Assembly (NCBI GenBank): GCA_049287685.1
Contig: JBAQGH010000072.1
Span: forward strand, 2,821 to 66,820
Length of the DNA: 64,000 nucleotides
Direction of reading: 5' to 3'
From: Solirubrobacteraceae bacterium
Lineage (GTDB): Bacteria; Actinomycetota; Thermoleophilia; Solirubrobacterales; Solirubrobacteraceae
Shown: piece after piece, positions 39,093 to 48,142 of the stretch
How positions within the stretch are numbered: position 1 is the first letter of the stretch
Layout: every line of letters begins with the position of its first letter
Program-made: the position numbers and the translations under genes
Notes under the pieces: model-generated
The model's database searches: none
What the model saw: only the letters and a program-made list of their open reading frames with translations
What the model was told of the DNA's origin: nothing

Positions 39093-39446
39093 GCCGCCCG
39101 CGCCCCCATGTCATTCGATCCTTGAGTATTCAGTTCTGAACTATCCTGCGTCACACAGCACCTGAAAGACCTTCGGCTTCACACCGACTCGGAAAATTAC
39201 GTACCTTGAACATAAATCCAGCATGGATAAAGGAGATACGTACCACCTATCAACTATCAGAAGGCAGACAGACTGCGATCCACCCTACTTCCGCTTGCGC
39301 CGACTGCGCACCGTGAACAGACAATCGCAGTTCGAGATGGTGCCCTCGATTGAGAATGTCGGCATTCCCAAGTATGATGACTGTTTCAACTTGAGGTGCA
39401 CCAAGTAGAGGCACCTCTGGCACTACGGATAGGGGCCTTAGCAGAG

Positions 39447-40304
39447 ATGCCTAGAGTAAGCTCGAATTCTTCCAAATCAGGCCAAGAGGGCGAGTGGTCG
39501 ATACCAAGCCTTCGTGAGCCACGATACTCCCAGTCGCTTGAGCGCGGACTTGCGATCCTCGGCTGCTTCACGCCGGAGCGTCCCGTGCTCGGCATCGCCG
39601 ACATCGCCGACGACCTCGGAATGAGCCGCTCGACCACGCACCGCTACGTGATCACGCTCGTCGCACTCGGCTTTCTTGAGCAGGGCGCCTCGCGCAAGTA
39701 TCGCCTTGGGCTGCGCGTCACCGATCTGGGTATGTCCGCGCTGAACTCGACCGGGCTGCGTGAGCATTCGCGGCCCTATCTGGAAGAGCTACGCCAGCGC
39801 ACCTCCTACACCGTCAACCTGTCCGTACTCGACGGTCCCGAGATCCTTTACGTCGATCGCGCCCGCAGCTTCCGTCGCGGACAGAACAAGATCGACATGA
39901 ACCTGCGCCCCGGCTCGCGCCTGCCGGCCTACTGCACCTCGATGGGCAAGGTGCTGCTTGCGAACCTGCCAGAGTCAGAGCAGCGCGATCTGATCGGCAA
40001 CATGACGCTCGCGCGGCGTGGACCGAACTCGATCACCAGCAAGAAGGCTCTGCGCACCGAACTCGAGCATGTGCTCGAGGAGGGCATGGCGGTCAACGAC
40101 GAAGAGCTTGCCCAGGGTCTGCACTCGATCTCAGCGCCGGTTCGGACCGAGTCGCGCGAGGTTGTGGCAGCCGTGAACATCGCGGCCCACAGTTCGATGA
40201 TCTCGCTCGAGGAGCTCGTCGACGCGCTTGGACCGCATCTCGTCGCCACCGCGGACAACATTTCCGCGCGGCTCGGCTACCGCCGCGACGACGAGCAAGG
40301 CTAG
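39447..40304 (+). CDS. IclR-family transcriptional regulator
   Basis: SLERGLAILGCF...IADIADDLGMSRSTTHRYVITLVALGFLEQ and a C-terminal IclR effector domain. It is divergent from the catabolic operon. Confidence 0.9.
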   Translation: MPRVSSNSSKSGQEGEWSIPSLREPRYSQSLERGLAILGCFTPERPVLGIADIADDLGMSRSTTHRYVITLVALGFLEQGASRKYRLGLRVTDLGMSALNSTGLREHSRPYLEELRQRTSYTVNLSVLDGPEILYVDRARSFRRGQNKIDMNLRPGSRLPAYCTSMGKVLLANLPESEQRDLIGNMTLARRGPNSITSKKALRTELEHVLEEGMAVNDEELAQGLHSISAPVRTESREVVAAVNIAAHSSMISLEELVDALGPHLVATADNISARLGYRRDDEQG

Positions 40305-40454
40305 AAAGCCGGGAGACTTCCCGCCACTAGGCCGCGCCGGAAGCTGGAGACAGCATCCGGCGCCGGCTTTCGCGGGTCTTAGGGCTCACGACTCTTGAGC
40401 CCTAAAGTCGAGCGCAGACAGCACAGCGTCCGCCGCTCGCATACGCTACCGGCG

Positions 40455-40898
40455 ATGCTCATACCCCTTAGAAGGCGTCTCAGACCACTCCTTGCCGGGA
40501 TCTGCGCGCTTGTGTTCGCCGTCGGCGTTAGCGCCTGCGCCGAAACGGCGTCCACTGGCAAATTCAGCGGCGAAAGCCACAACGTCGCCCAGACGGTCTC
40601 CAATTTTCAGACCGACGCCACCGCGGAGGACGAGAAGAAGCTCTGCGACGACGACCTCGCCGCGACGCTGACCGTCAAGCTAGGCCACGTCGGCGGGTGC
40701 CAGACGGTGTTGAAGTCCCAGCTGCACGAAATCGACGCGCTGGGCTTGACGATCGAATCGATCTCCGTCAGCGGCACGCACGCGCTGGCCCACGTGAAGA
40801 GCACCTATTCGGGCAAGAGCCGAACCTCCACGTTTGCCCTCGTCAAGGAAGGCACTCACTGGAAGATCTCCGGTTTGGGCAGCGCTTTGCACTCCTGA
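40455..40898 (+). CDS. small lipoprotein, hypothetical (NTF2-like C-terminus possible)
   Basis: MLIPLRRRLRPLLAGICALVFAVGVSAC lipobox. The ATG at 40455 was chosen. Confidence 0.6.
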   Translation: MLIPLRRRLRPLLAGICALVFAVGVSACAETASTGKFSGESHNVAQTVSNFQTDATAEDEKKLCDDDLAATLTVKLGHVGGCQTVLKSQLHEIDALGLTIESISVSGTHALAHVKSTYSGKSRTSTFALVKEGTHWKISGLGSALHS

Positions 40899-41021
40899 TC
40901 GCCCGACATTTGCGTTCAGGCTGCAGGCGGGACCGAGTGCCAAGCTGAGCAAGGACGCAACGAGCGCAGCGTGCTAGACGCACGTGAGCGAGTGAGGACG
41001 CAGCTCAGCGCCGGCAATCGG

Positions 41022-42044
41022 TCACGCCAGCGAGCGGCCGTACTGGCGCTCGTAGTACGCCCGGTAGTCGCCTGAGCGAATCGGCTTCCACCACCACTCG
41101 TTCTCGCGATACCACGACACGGTCTGCTCCAGACCCTCGGCGAAGCGCACGCGCGGCTCCCAGCCGAGCGCCCTGACCTTTGCGGAGGACAGCGAGTAGC
41201 GACGGTCGTGGCCAAGGCGATCGGTGACGTGCTCGATCAGCGACTCGTCCGCGCCGGTCAGCTCGATGATGCGCTTGACCACCTCGATGTTGGCGCACTC
41301 GTCTGGGCCGCCGGCGTTGTAGACCTCGCCATGTACCCCGTGCTCGAGCACGTGCCCGATCGCGCGTCCGAAGTCGGTCGCGTGAATCCAGTTGCGCACC
41401 TGCATGCCATCGCCGTAGACAGGCAGCGGATCCCCGTGCAGCGCGTTGAGGATCATCAGCGGGATCAGCTTCTCTGGGTATTGGTAGGCGCCGTAGTTGT
41501 TTGATCCGCGGCAGATCGTGGCCGGCAGGCCATAGGTGTGGAAGTAGCTCTGCACCAGCAGATCCGCGCCGGTCTTCGTAGCCGAGTAGGGCGAGGACGG
41601 GCTTAGCGGCGAGTCCTCGGTAAAAGACCCGTCCTCGATCGAGCCGTACACCTCGTCGGTGGAGACCTGCAGATAACGAAGCTCGCGCTCGCGGGCGGCC
41701 TCCAGCAGGACATAGGTTCCCTGAGCGTGTGTGCGCACGAACGCGTCCGGCTCGGCGATCGAGCGGTCGACGTGCGTCTCGGCGGCGAAGTTGACGATCG
41801 CCTCGATCGGCTTTCCTGCGCGCGCTCCACCGCCATCGAGCGCTCTCGCCACCGCCTGCGGGTCCTCGATCGCGCCGTGCACAAAGCGAAAGCTCGCGTC
41901 CTGCGCGAAGTCGTGGAAGTTCTCTTCGCGACCGGCGTAGGTGAGCTTGTCGAGCACGACCAGCTCGTCGTCGCTCTCGCGCAAGCGCAGGCGCACGAAG
42001 TTGGAGCCGATGAATCCCGCGCCACCGCAGACAAGCAATCTCAT
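41022..42044 (-). CDS. rfbB: dTDP-glucose 4,6-dehydratase
   Basis: MRLLVCGGAGFIGSNF..., YSATKTGADLL (YxxxK), and extended-SDR architecture. Confidence 0.9.
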   Translation of the reverse strand: MRLLVCGGAGFIGSNFVRLRLRESDDELVVLDKLTYAGREENFHDFAQDASFRFVHGAIEDPQAVARALDGGGARAGKPIEAIVNFAAETHVDRSIAEPDAFVRTHAQGTYVLLEAARERELRYLQVSTDEVYGSIEDGSFTEDSPLSPSSPYSATKTGADLLVQSYFHTYGLPATICRGSNNYGAYQYPEKLIPLMILNALHGDPLPVYGDGMQVRNWIHATDFGRAIGHVLEHGVHGEVYNAGGPDECANIEVVKRIIELTGADESLIEHVTDRLGHDRRYSLSSAKVRALGWEPRVRFAEGLEQTVSWYRENEWWWKPIRSGDYRAYYERQYGRSLA

Positions 42045-42071
42045 GCGCGCATCATCCCAGCCCAAGCCCCC

Positions 42072-42941
42072 TCATGAGCGCACGATGCCATTGCGGGCTG
42101 CCATGTAACCGGCAAGACCGTCGCGCCAGTCGGGCATCGGCAGGACGTCCTCGCGCTCTGACTCCATCGCCGACCAGCCCGGGCGCGGCGCGGGACGGGC
42201 CATCTCCGCCGAGGTGGCGGCCTCCACGCGGCAGTTCAGCTCTGCTTGGCGGAAGATCTCCTTGGCAAAGCCGTTCCACGACACCGAGCCGGCCCCAGTG
42301 AGATGCACGAGTCCGCTGACCTGGCGTTCGAGCAATCCCAGGATCGCGGGCGCCAGGTGACCCGACCAGGTGGGCGAGCCGATCTGGTCATCGACCACCT
42401 GCACCGCTTCGCGCTCACCGGCCAGGCGCAGCATTGTGGCTACGAAGTTAGGGCCGTCAAGCCCGTACAGCCAGGCGGTGCGCGCCACGATGTGGCTCGG
42501 AGACGCAGCCAGCACCTGACGCTCACCGGCGAGCTTGGTCTCTCCGTAGACCGACTTGGGACCGGTCGGGTCCGACTCGACGTATGGCCGTGGATGACCG
42601 TCGGCGTCGATCGGGGCGACGCCATCGAAGACGTAGTCGGTGGAGATGTGAAGCAGCGGTGTGTCGATGCCGGCGGCCGCACGAGCCAGGTTGCCCGCAC
42701 CCGCTACGTTGACGGCGTGAGCTGCCTCGCGTTTGCTCTCGGCGCCGTCCACGTCGGTCCAGGCGGCGCAGTTGATCGTCGCCCTGGGTCGCTCGCGCTC
42801 ATAGAAGGCGGTGACAGCCGGCTCGTCGGTTATGTCGAGCTCGGGCAGATCGACGAGGATCAGCTCGTGCCCGGCGCGCTCGCCGACGCGGCGCACGTCG
42901 TGGCCGAGCATTCCCGCGGCGCCTGTGACGAGCAGCTTCAT
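42072..42941 (-). CDS. rfbD: dTDP-4-dehydrorhamnose reductase
   Basis: MKLLVTGAAGMLG..., YGETKLAGE; 289 aa; lies between rmlA and rmlB. Confidence 0.85.
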   Translation of the reverse strand: MKLLVTGAAGMLGHDVRRVGERAGHELILVDLPELDITDEPAVTAFYERERPRATINCAAWTDVDGAESKREAAHAVNVAGAGNLARAAAGIDTPLLHISTDYVFDGVAPIDADGHPRPYVESDPTGPKSVYGETKLAGERQVLAASPSHIVARTAWLYGLDGPNFVATMLRLAGEREAVQVVDDQIGSPTWSGHLAPAILGLLERQVSGLVHLTGAGSVSWNGFAKEIFRQAELNCRVEAATSAEMARPAPRPGWSAMESEREDVLPMPDWRDGLAGYMAARNGIVRS

Positions 42942-43005
42942 CGCCCTGGCGAGCTCACCCTCGCGAGCCGTGTCGCAGCCCTGCTGGGGACGCTCGCGCG
43001 TTTCA

Positions 43006-44097
43006 CTACAGGATCGAGATGTCCGAGTTGTCGCCGACCATGAAGCGATACGCGCGCGGTTGGCGATCGCCGCGACGCACCGTCACGTTGCGCCCCAGCA
43101 GCGAGGACTCCATGCGCCCGTCGAGATCGCACACGGAGGAGCCGCTCAGCAGGATCGAGTGCTCGACCTCGGCGTTGGATATGTGGCAGTCCTTGCCGAT
43201 CGCGGTGTAGGGACCGATGTAGCAGTCACACAACCGAGCACCAGCGCCGACGATCGCCGGCCCACGTACGGTCGTGCGCTCCAGACGCGCGCCCGGCTCG
43301 ATCACGACGCGGCCGTCCACCTGCGAATCGATCAGATCTCCCTCGACACGCTCGCTCAAGCTGTCGAGGATCAGCCGGTTTGCCTCGAGCATGTCCTCTA
43401 GCCGTCCAGTGTCCTTCCACCAGCCGCGCACGATGTGCGGCTCGACGCGTCGGCCACTGTCAACCAGATACTGGATCGCATCGGTGATCTCCAGCTCCCC
43501 GCGCGCGGAGGGCTCGATCGCCCGGGCGGCGGCGTGGACGGCGGAGGTGAACATGTAGACGCCAACGAGGGCCAAGTCGGTAGCCGGCTCAAGTGGCTTC
43601 TCCGCGAGACGAACGACGCGCCCGACCTCTCCATCCGGTGCCGGCGCCAACTCGGCCACACCGTAGTTCTCGGGGTCCGCGACAGGGGTGAGCAGGATCA
43701 GCGCGTCGGGGGCGTTCTCGCGGAAGGCAGCCACAAGGTCCGATATGCCCCCCTGCAGGAGATTGTCGCCGAGGTACATCACGAAGGGGCTGTCGGCCAA
43801 GAACGGCTCGGCCGTCAGCACCGCATGGGCAAGACCGAGCGGCTCGTCCTGGACTATGTATTCGATTCGCACGCCGAACCGCGAACCGTCACCGGCCGCC
43901 TCTCTGATCTCCCCGCCGGTCTCCGGCGCGATGATGATGCCTACCTCCTTCACACCCGCGGCGGCCATCGCTTCGATGCCGTAGAACAGCACAGGCTTGT
44001 TGGCCACCGGCACGAGTTGCTTGGCACTCGTGTGGGTGATCGGGCGCAGACGCGTACCCTTGCCTCCGGAGAGGATCAGCCCCTTCAATGACTCCAT
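43006..44097 (-). CDS. rfbA: glucose-1-phosphate thymidylyltransferase, long form with a C-terminal left-handed beta-helix
   Basis: LKGLILSGGKGTRLRPITHTSAKQLVPVANKP; 363 aa. Confidence 0.85.
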   Translation of the reverse strand: MESLKGLILSGGKGTRLRPITHTSAKQLVPVANKPVLFYGIEAMAAAGVKEVGIIIAPETGGEIREAAGDGSRFGVRIEYIVQDEPLGLAHAVLTAEPFLADSPFVMYLGDNLLQGGISDLVAAFRENAPDALILLTPVADPENYGVAELAPAPDGEVGRVVRLAEKPLEPATDLALVGVYMFTSAVHAAARAIEPSARGELEITDAIQYLVDSGRRVEPHIVRGWWKDTGRLEDMLEANRLILDSLSERVEGDLIDSQVDGRVVIEPGARLERTTVRGPAIVGAGARLCDCYIGPYTAIGKDCHISNAEVEHSILLSGSSVCDLDGRMESSLLGRNVTVRRGDRQPRAYRFMVGDNSDISIL

Positions 44098-44182
44098 CGG
44101 TCGCCAAGCCTATATCGACTGGGCCCGTTTGCGGGAGAAACTTCGCGGGATGAACACAGCTATGCGCAGGTTCGAGCCGGGA

Positions 44183-44722
44183 TTAGTAGACGCCCGCGAG
44201 CTTGCGATGGTCCCAAGTAGCGCGGCGCCGCTCGACGAACTGAAGCGCCACGCGCTTTGCGGCCTGCGCCTGCACCATCGCGCCGACCTCCTGCGGCAGC
44301 TCCTCGACGGGCGTCTCGCTGCGCGGGGTCGCATAGCGCATGAAGATCTCGTGCCCCAGCATGCCGACGGTCTCGATATCGCGATGGATGACAACGTCGC
44401 ACTCGAACATCACCCCGCGCAACTCCTGATATTGCTCGCCGGCCTCAACCTGCAAGCTGGCGCGCGGGTCGCGCTCCAGATTGCGCACCTTCTGAGAGAC
44501 GGCATATGTCCAGGCCCAGATCTGCGGTCGCGAAGCGCTCTCGCTGGCCGCGCCGGCTGCTGCGCGTTGGCCGGCCCGCTCGGATACGCGCAGCACATAC
44601 CAAAGCGGCATCAAATGCGGCCAGCCTCGTGGCCCCGTCGTGGCGCATGTCACCGTCCGCTCTTCTGTCAGGAACGACGCCACCTCGACCTCGCTCATCT
44701 TGATCTGATCTCGACGACTCAC
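44183..44722 (-). CDS. pyridoxamine 5'-phosphate oxidase-family (PPOX class, probably F420-dependent) protein
   Basis: SEVEVASFLTEERTVTCATTGPRGWPHLMPLWYV. The ATG overlaps the pafBC stop (ATGA). Confidence 0.65.
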   Translation of the reverse strand: MSRRDQIKMSEVEVASFLTEERTVTCATTGPRGWPHLMPLWYVLRVSERAGQRAAAGAASESASRPQIWAWTYAVSQKVRNLERDPRASLQVEAGEQYQELRGVMFECDVVIHRDIETVGMLGHEIFMRYATPRSETPVEELPQEVGAMVQAQAAKRVALQFVERRRATWDHRKLAGVY

Positions 44723-46839
44723 GAGACGCCGGCTGGGACCGCGCGCAGCTGTTGCACCGCAGCCAGCACCGCTTCACGCGCGTCCCCAGGCTCGAGCACG
44801 ACCGCGTCGCCGGCCTCCTTCAGCACCTCGCGCACCAGCCAGTCGGTGCCGGCAAAGCTCAGCTGCACGACAATCGACCCGTCCACGAGCTCTTCGACCA
44901 CGCGGCGCTGCTCGCGCGCCCAGCGTGCCCGCTCGGGAGATATCCATACGCGCGCGGCGCGTGAGGCCTGCACCTCGCCGGTGCGCATCCAGCCCTCCAC
45001 TTCGGCGCCCGGGTCGACCTCGGAGCGCGGCTCGAATACCTCGTCGGTCACGTGCGCGCGCCTGATGCGGTCGAGGCGGAAGTGGCGCATCTCCTGCTTG
45101 GTGGGATCGAACGAGGCCACGTACCAGCCCTCCTGTCCGTTCGTGAGCGCATAGGGCTCGACACGGCGCAAGGAGAACTCGTCCTCGTTTGCCTTGTAGT
45201 AGTCGAGCTCCAGCAGGCGGTGCTCCACAATCGCGCGTGAGACGGTGCGGGCGACCTCGGAGTCGTCGCTGGTGGCGTGGGCTACCTGCAAGCCCTGTTC
45301 CATCGGATCCTCGCCGAGCGCAGCCACGATCTTCTCGCGGGCCGAAGAGAGCGAGCCCTCGGGAATGTGCTCGCCCACCAGATCGATCGCCGCGACAAGC
45401 GCCTTGGCCTCGACCGGCAGCAACCTTGCGGGCCGGTCGAAGTTATCGCTGTAGGGCTCGGGGTCGACGTCGATCTCGCCCTCCTCCTCGAGGATTTCGG
45501 CATACAGCACATACGAACCGCCGCCGAAGTTGACGACGTTCAGCACATTTATGTCCTCGCGCAACTCCTCGTCTGAGAGCTGCAGGCTCTCGCACAGCTC
45601 CGCGATCTTCACGCGCTCGCTGCGCCTGCCGGCGTGGATCAAGATGCTCGCCAGCGTCACGAGCCGCGCGAAGCGCTCAGGGCGGATCGCCGTTTCGACC
45701 TGGGGATCGCGCTCCACCGCCGCGGCCCGGCGGTCCGCCCGCGCGGCTGAACGAGTCGGAGCCCCGATCGGCGGCTCCTCGATCGCCGGCACGCTATCGG
45801 CCAGTTCCAGCCCCTCACTGTGGCGCTCCTCGAGCAACGCCAAGCGCCGCGCAAGTTCCTCGACGAGCGCAGACGGGCCGAGCAGGCGCGCGTTCTCGCC
45901 GAGCCCCAGCACCCAAGAGACGAGCATGCGGGCACTCGAATAGCTGGTGCGCAGCAGTCGGTCGCCCGGGTTGTGCCCCTCACCATCGGCGGGTGCCATC
46001 TCTCCGTAGCGGCCGAAGTGGCGTTGGATCTGCCATGCGATGCGCTCAGAGACGAGCACAACGGCTGTGCCCTGCTCGTCGCCGAGCTGCCACTCGGCGC
46101 GCCCCGCATACTCGCGTGGATCGAAGTCGGCGGGACGCCTGAAGTCGTGCTCTGCCTTGGTGGCATAGGAGACCTTGCCGCGAATGCGCGAGAGCCGGAA
46201 TACGCGGATCTGCTCGCGCTCGTGCGCATAGCCGAGCAGGTAGAACTCTCCCCCTTGGAACAGCAGGTGGTAGGGGTCGACACGCCTCGAGCCGGTCTCG
46301 TCGCGTGCCATCGTGTAGTAGTCGAAAGTGATCGTCTTGTTGCGGAAGATCGCTGTCTCGATCTTGGCGAGGCGAATCGAAAGCTCGTGGCCACCGGCCG
46401 ATGCGGTGATACCCAGCGCCGCCGAGCGCTGCTCGGGTGCGCGCAGCGGGCTCGGGCGCCCCCAGGTGATCTGCTGCAACGCAAGCCGCAGTGGCTCGGC
46501 GTAGGCGAACTCGCCGTCGAGAAGATGCAGCGCAGCCTGCAGTGCGGCGAGCTCTTCGTCTGAGAACTCGATTGCGGGCAGATGGAAGTTCTCAGGCCGC
46601 AGCGAATAGTTCTCCTGCTCGGCGGCACCGTCAGCGGGACGGTCGACGGTGAGCTGGATGCGCAGCGACTCGAGCTCGGAGCGATCGGCATAGAAGCGAC
46701 GCGCGAAGGCGTCCTCGTTCATGCCGCTGTAGCCCTCCACGTCGCGCCGGATCTCTAGCGCCGTGACCGGCCTGCGCTCGGCCATCAGGTATGAGATCAG
46801 CGACAACTGGCGGATCAGCTTCTCGGTGTCCTTGGCCAT
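44719..46839 (-). CDS. pafBC: fused PafB-PafC-like regulator (two HTH-WYL-WCX units in one polypeptide)
   Basis: 706 aa. Unit 1 reads LIRQLSLISYLMAERRPVTALEIRRDV...DPYHLLFQGGEFYLLGY. Unit 2 reads FARLVTLASILIHAGR...VEPYALTNGQEGWYVASF. Confidence 0.75.
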   Translation of the reverse strand: MAKDTEKLIRQLSLISYLMAERRPVTALEIRRDVEGYSGMNEDAFARRFYADRSELESLRIQLTVDRPADGAAEQENYSLRPENFHLPAIEFSDEELAALQAALHLLDGEFAYAEPLRLALQQITWGRPSPLRAPEQRSAALGITASAGGHELSIRLAKIETAIFRNKTITFDYYTMARDETGSRRVDPYHLLFQGGEFYLLGYAHEREQIRVFRLSRIRGKVSYATKAEHDFRRPADFDPREYAGRAEWQLGDEQGTAVVLVSERIAWQIQRHFGRYGEMAPADGEGHNPGDRLLRTSYSSARMLVSWVLGLGENARLLGPSALVEELARRLALLEERHSEGLELADSVPAIEEPPIGAPTRSAARADRRAAAVERDPQVETAIRPERFARLVTLASILIHAGRRSERVKIAELCESLQLSDEELREDINVLNVVNFGGGSYVLYAEILEEEGEIDVDPEPYSDNFDRPARLLPVEAKALVAAIDLVGEHIPEGSLSSAREKIVAALGEDPMEQGLQVAHATSDDSEVARTVSRAIVEHRLLELDYYKANEDEFSLRRVEPYALTNGQEGWYVASFDPTKQEMRHFRLDRIRRAHVTDEVFEPRSEVDPGAEVEGWMRTGEVQASRAARVWISPERARWAREQRRVVEELVDGSIVVQLSFAGTDWLVREVLKEAGDAVVLEPGDAREAVLAAVQQLRAVPAGVS

Positions 46840-46971
46840 CCCTCTATGAAAGATAGAACTCGCTGGCGAGACGTATTCGTCCCGGCGTCGATCCGCTCGC
46901 AAATTGCGGCTTTTACAGGACTATTTGGAGCACGTTCAGCGCCGCGCGCGAGCCCCGGTCGGGCCTAACGC

Positions 46972-47961
46972 TCAGGCAGCTTCGCGCGCAGGCTCAGCGG
47001 CGGGCTCTCCCAGCTCCCGTGCGCTGAACCAAGCACCCGATCCGATCGCACGGTCGAAGTTCGACCAGCGCGTTCCCGGCGAGAGCTCCTTCTCGATGCG
47101 GTCGAAGCTGCCGAGACGCCCGCCGAGGTTGTCGATCATGTGCACAAGCGTCGCCTCACGCGTGCATGGCGTTACGGGACTGCCGTGCTCGAGCGAGCCA
47201 TGGTGGGAGAGGATGATGTGCAGCACCGCCCATGCAAGCTCTCGAGGGAAGCCCTCGATGTCCTCGATCGTGCGGCGGATGCGGTAATAGCCGAGCGGTA
47301 TCTCGCCGTGTAGCCGACCCAGATCCGTGAGGTCGATGCTTTGCGCATCGTCGGTGTAGGCGTCGAGCTTGCCGATGTCGTGCAGCAGCGCACCCGTCAC
47401 CGCGACGTCGCGGTCGATACCGGGGAAGGTTGCGGAGATGGCGCTGACGCCCTGGGCCACCCCGAGGCAGTGCTCGAGCAGCCCGTGACGGTAAGCCTGG
47501 TGGTAGTACTTCGCTGCCGGCGCCCCTTGGAAGCGAGCCCATAGCGGTGAGTCCTCGCCGAATACCCTCTCGAGCAGAGTGCTGAGGTGCGGGTTGCGCA
47601 CGGTCCCAAGCAGCTCGCGCAGGTCGGCCTCCATCTGCTCTGGGGAGCGTGCCGGCCCATCGAGCAGGTCGTCGAGCGCGAAGCTTCCCGGCTCGGCGGC
47701 GGTAAGCGTGCGGAGGTTTATCTGCGGGCCGAAACGCGGGTGCACGGTGTAGCGGCCGGTCACATGCACAGGCGCGCCCTGCGTCGCCAGGCGCTCCATC
47801 TCGACGAGCTCCTCCCAAACCATTGAGACCACAGCACCTGTGCGGTCGCCCAATTGCAAGCGCAGGTACTCGCCGCCATCCCGGCGCGAGCGGCGCTCGA
47901 TCGCACGCACCAGCAGAACCTGGTCGATCTCCACACCGTCTGTGAGCTCGTTGACGAGCAT
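46972..47961 (-). CDS. OB-fold + HD-domain phosphohydrolase (YhaM/Cbf1-like), paralog 2
   Basis: LRLQLGDRTGAVVSMVWE...VHVTGRYTVHPRFGPQI (OB), then LLHDIGK...ILSHHG (HD). The ATG at 47961 (MLVNELTDG) was chosen. Confidence 0.7.
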   Translation of the reverse strand: MLVNELTDGVEIDQVLLVRAIERRSRRDGGEYLRLQLGDRTGAVVSMVWEELVEMERLATQGAPVHVTGRYTVHPRFGPQINLRTLTAAEPGSFALDDLLDGPARSPEQMEADLRELLGTVRNPHLSTLLERVFGEDSPLWARFQGAPAAKYYHQAYRHGLLEHCLGVAQGVSAISATFPGIDRDVAVTGALLHDIGKLDAYTDDAQSIDLTDLGRLHGEIPLGYYRIRRTIEDIEGFPRELAWAVLHIILSHHGSLEHGSPVTPCTREATLVHMIDNLGGRLGSFDRIEKELSPGTRWSNFDRAIGSGAWFSARELGEPAAEPAREAA

Positions 47962-48142
47962 GTATTGGACGGTAGTGAGCAGTGCGGACGGTACGCAGCT
48001 GGGAGACCGGGGAGGTTCCGGTGAAGGCGAAATGTTGTGCACGGAAACAGGGGGTGTAACGAGACACCAAGAAATGGTGCACCGCACAGCGTGACGAACA
48101 CCGTGACTTACACCGCGCGCGGTGCGACACAAACAGGGTCGC

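Noticed and set aside
39223-39408. 61-aa ORF in the AT-rich iclR/ALDH intergenic region
   Set aside because: Its codon usage is unlike the GC3-rich host genes, and it lies in a probable promoter/operator region. It has no recognisable domain, so I do not call it.
44183-44722. Candidate rmlC (dTDP-4-dehydrorhamnose 3,5-epimerase) completing the rmlA/B/D cluster
   Set aside because: The sequence has a PPOX/FMN-binding split-barrel signature rather than the RmlC cupin motifs. The gene is also coupled to pafBC, not to rmlA. No rmlC is visible in the window.
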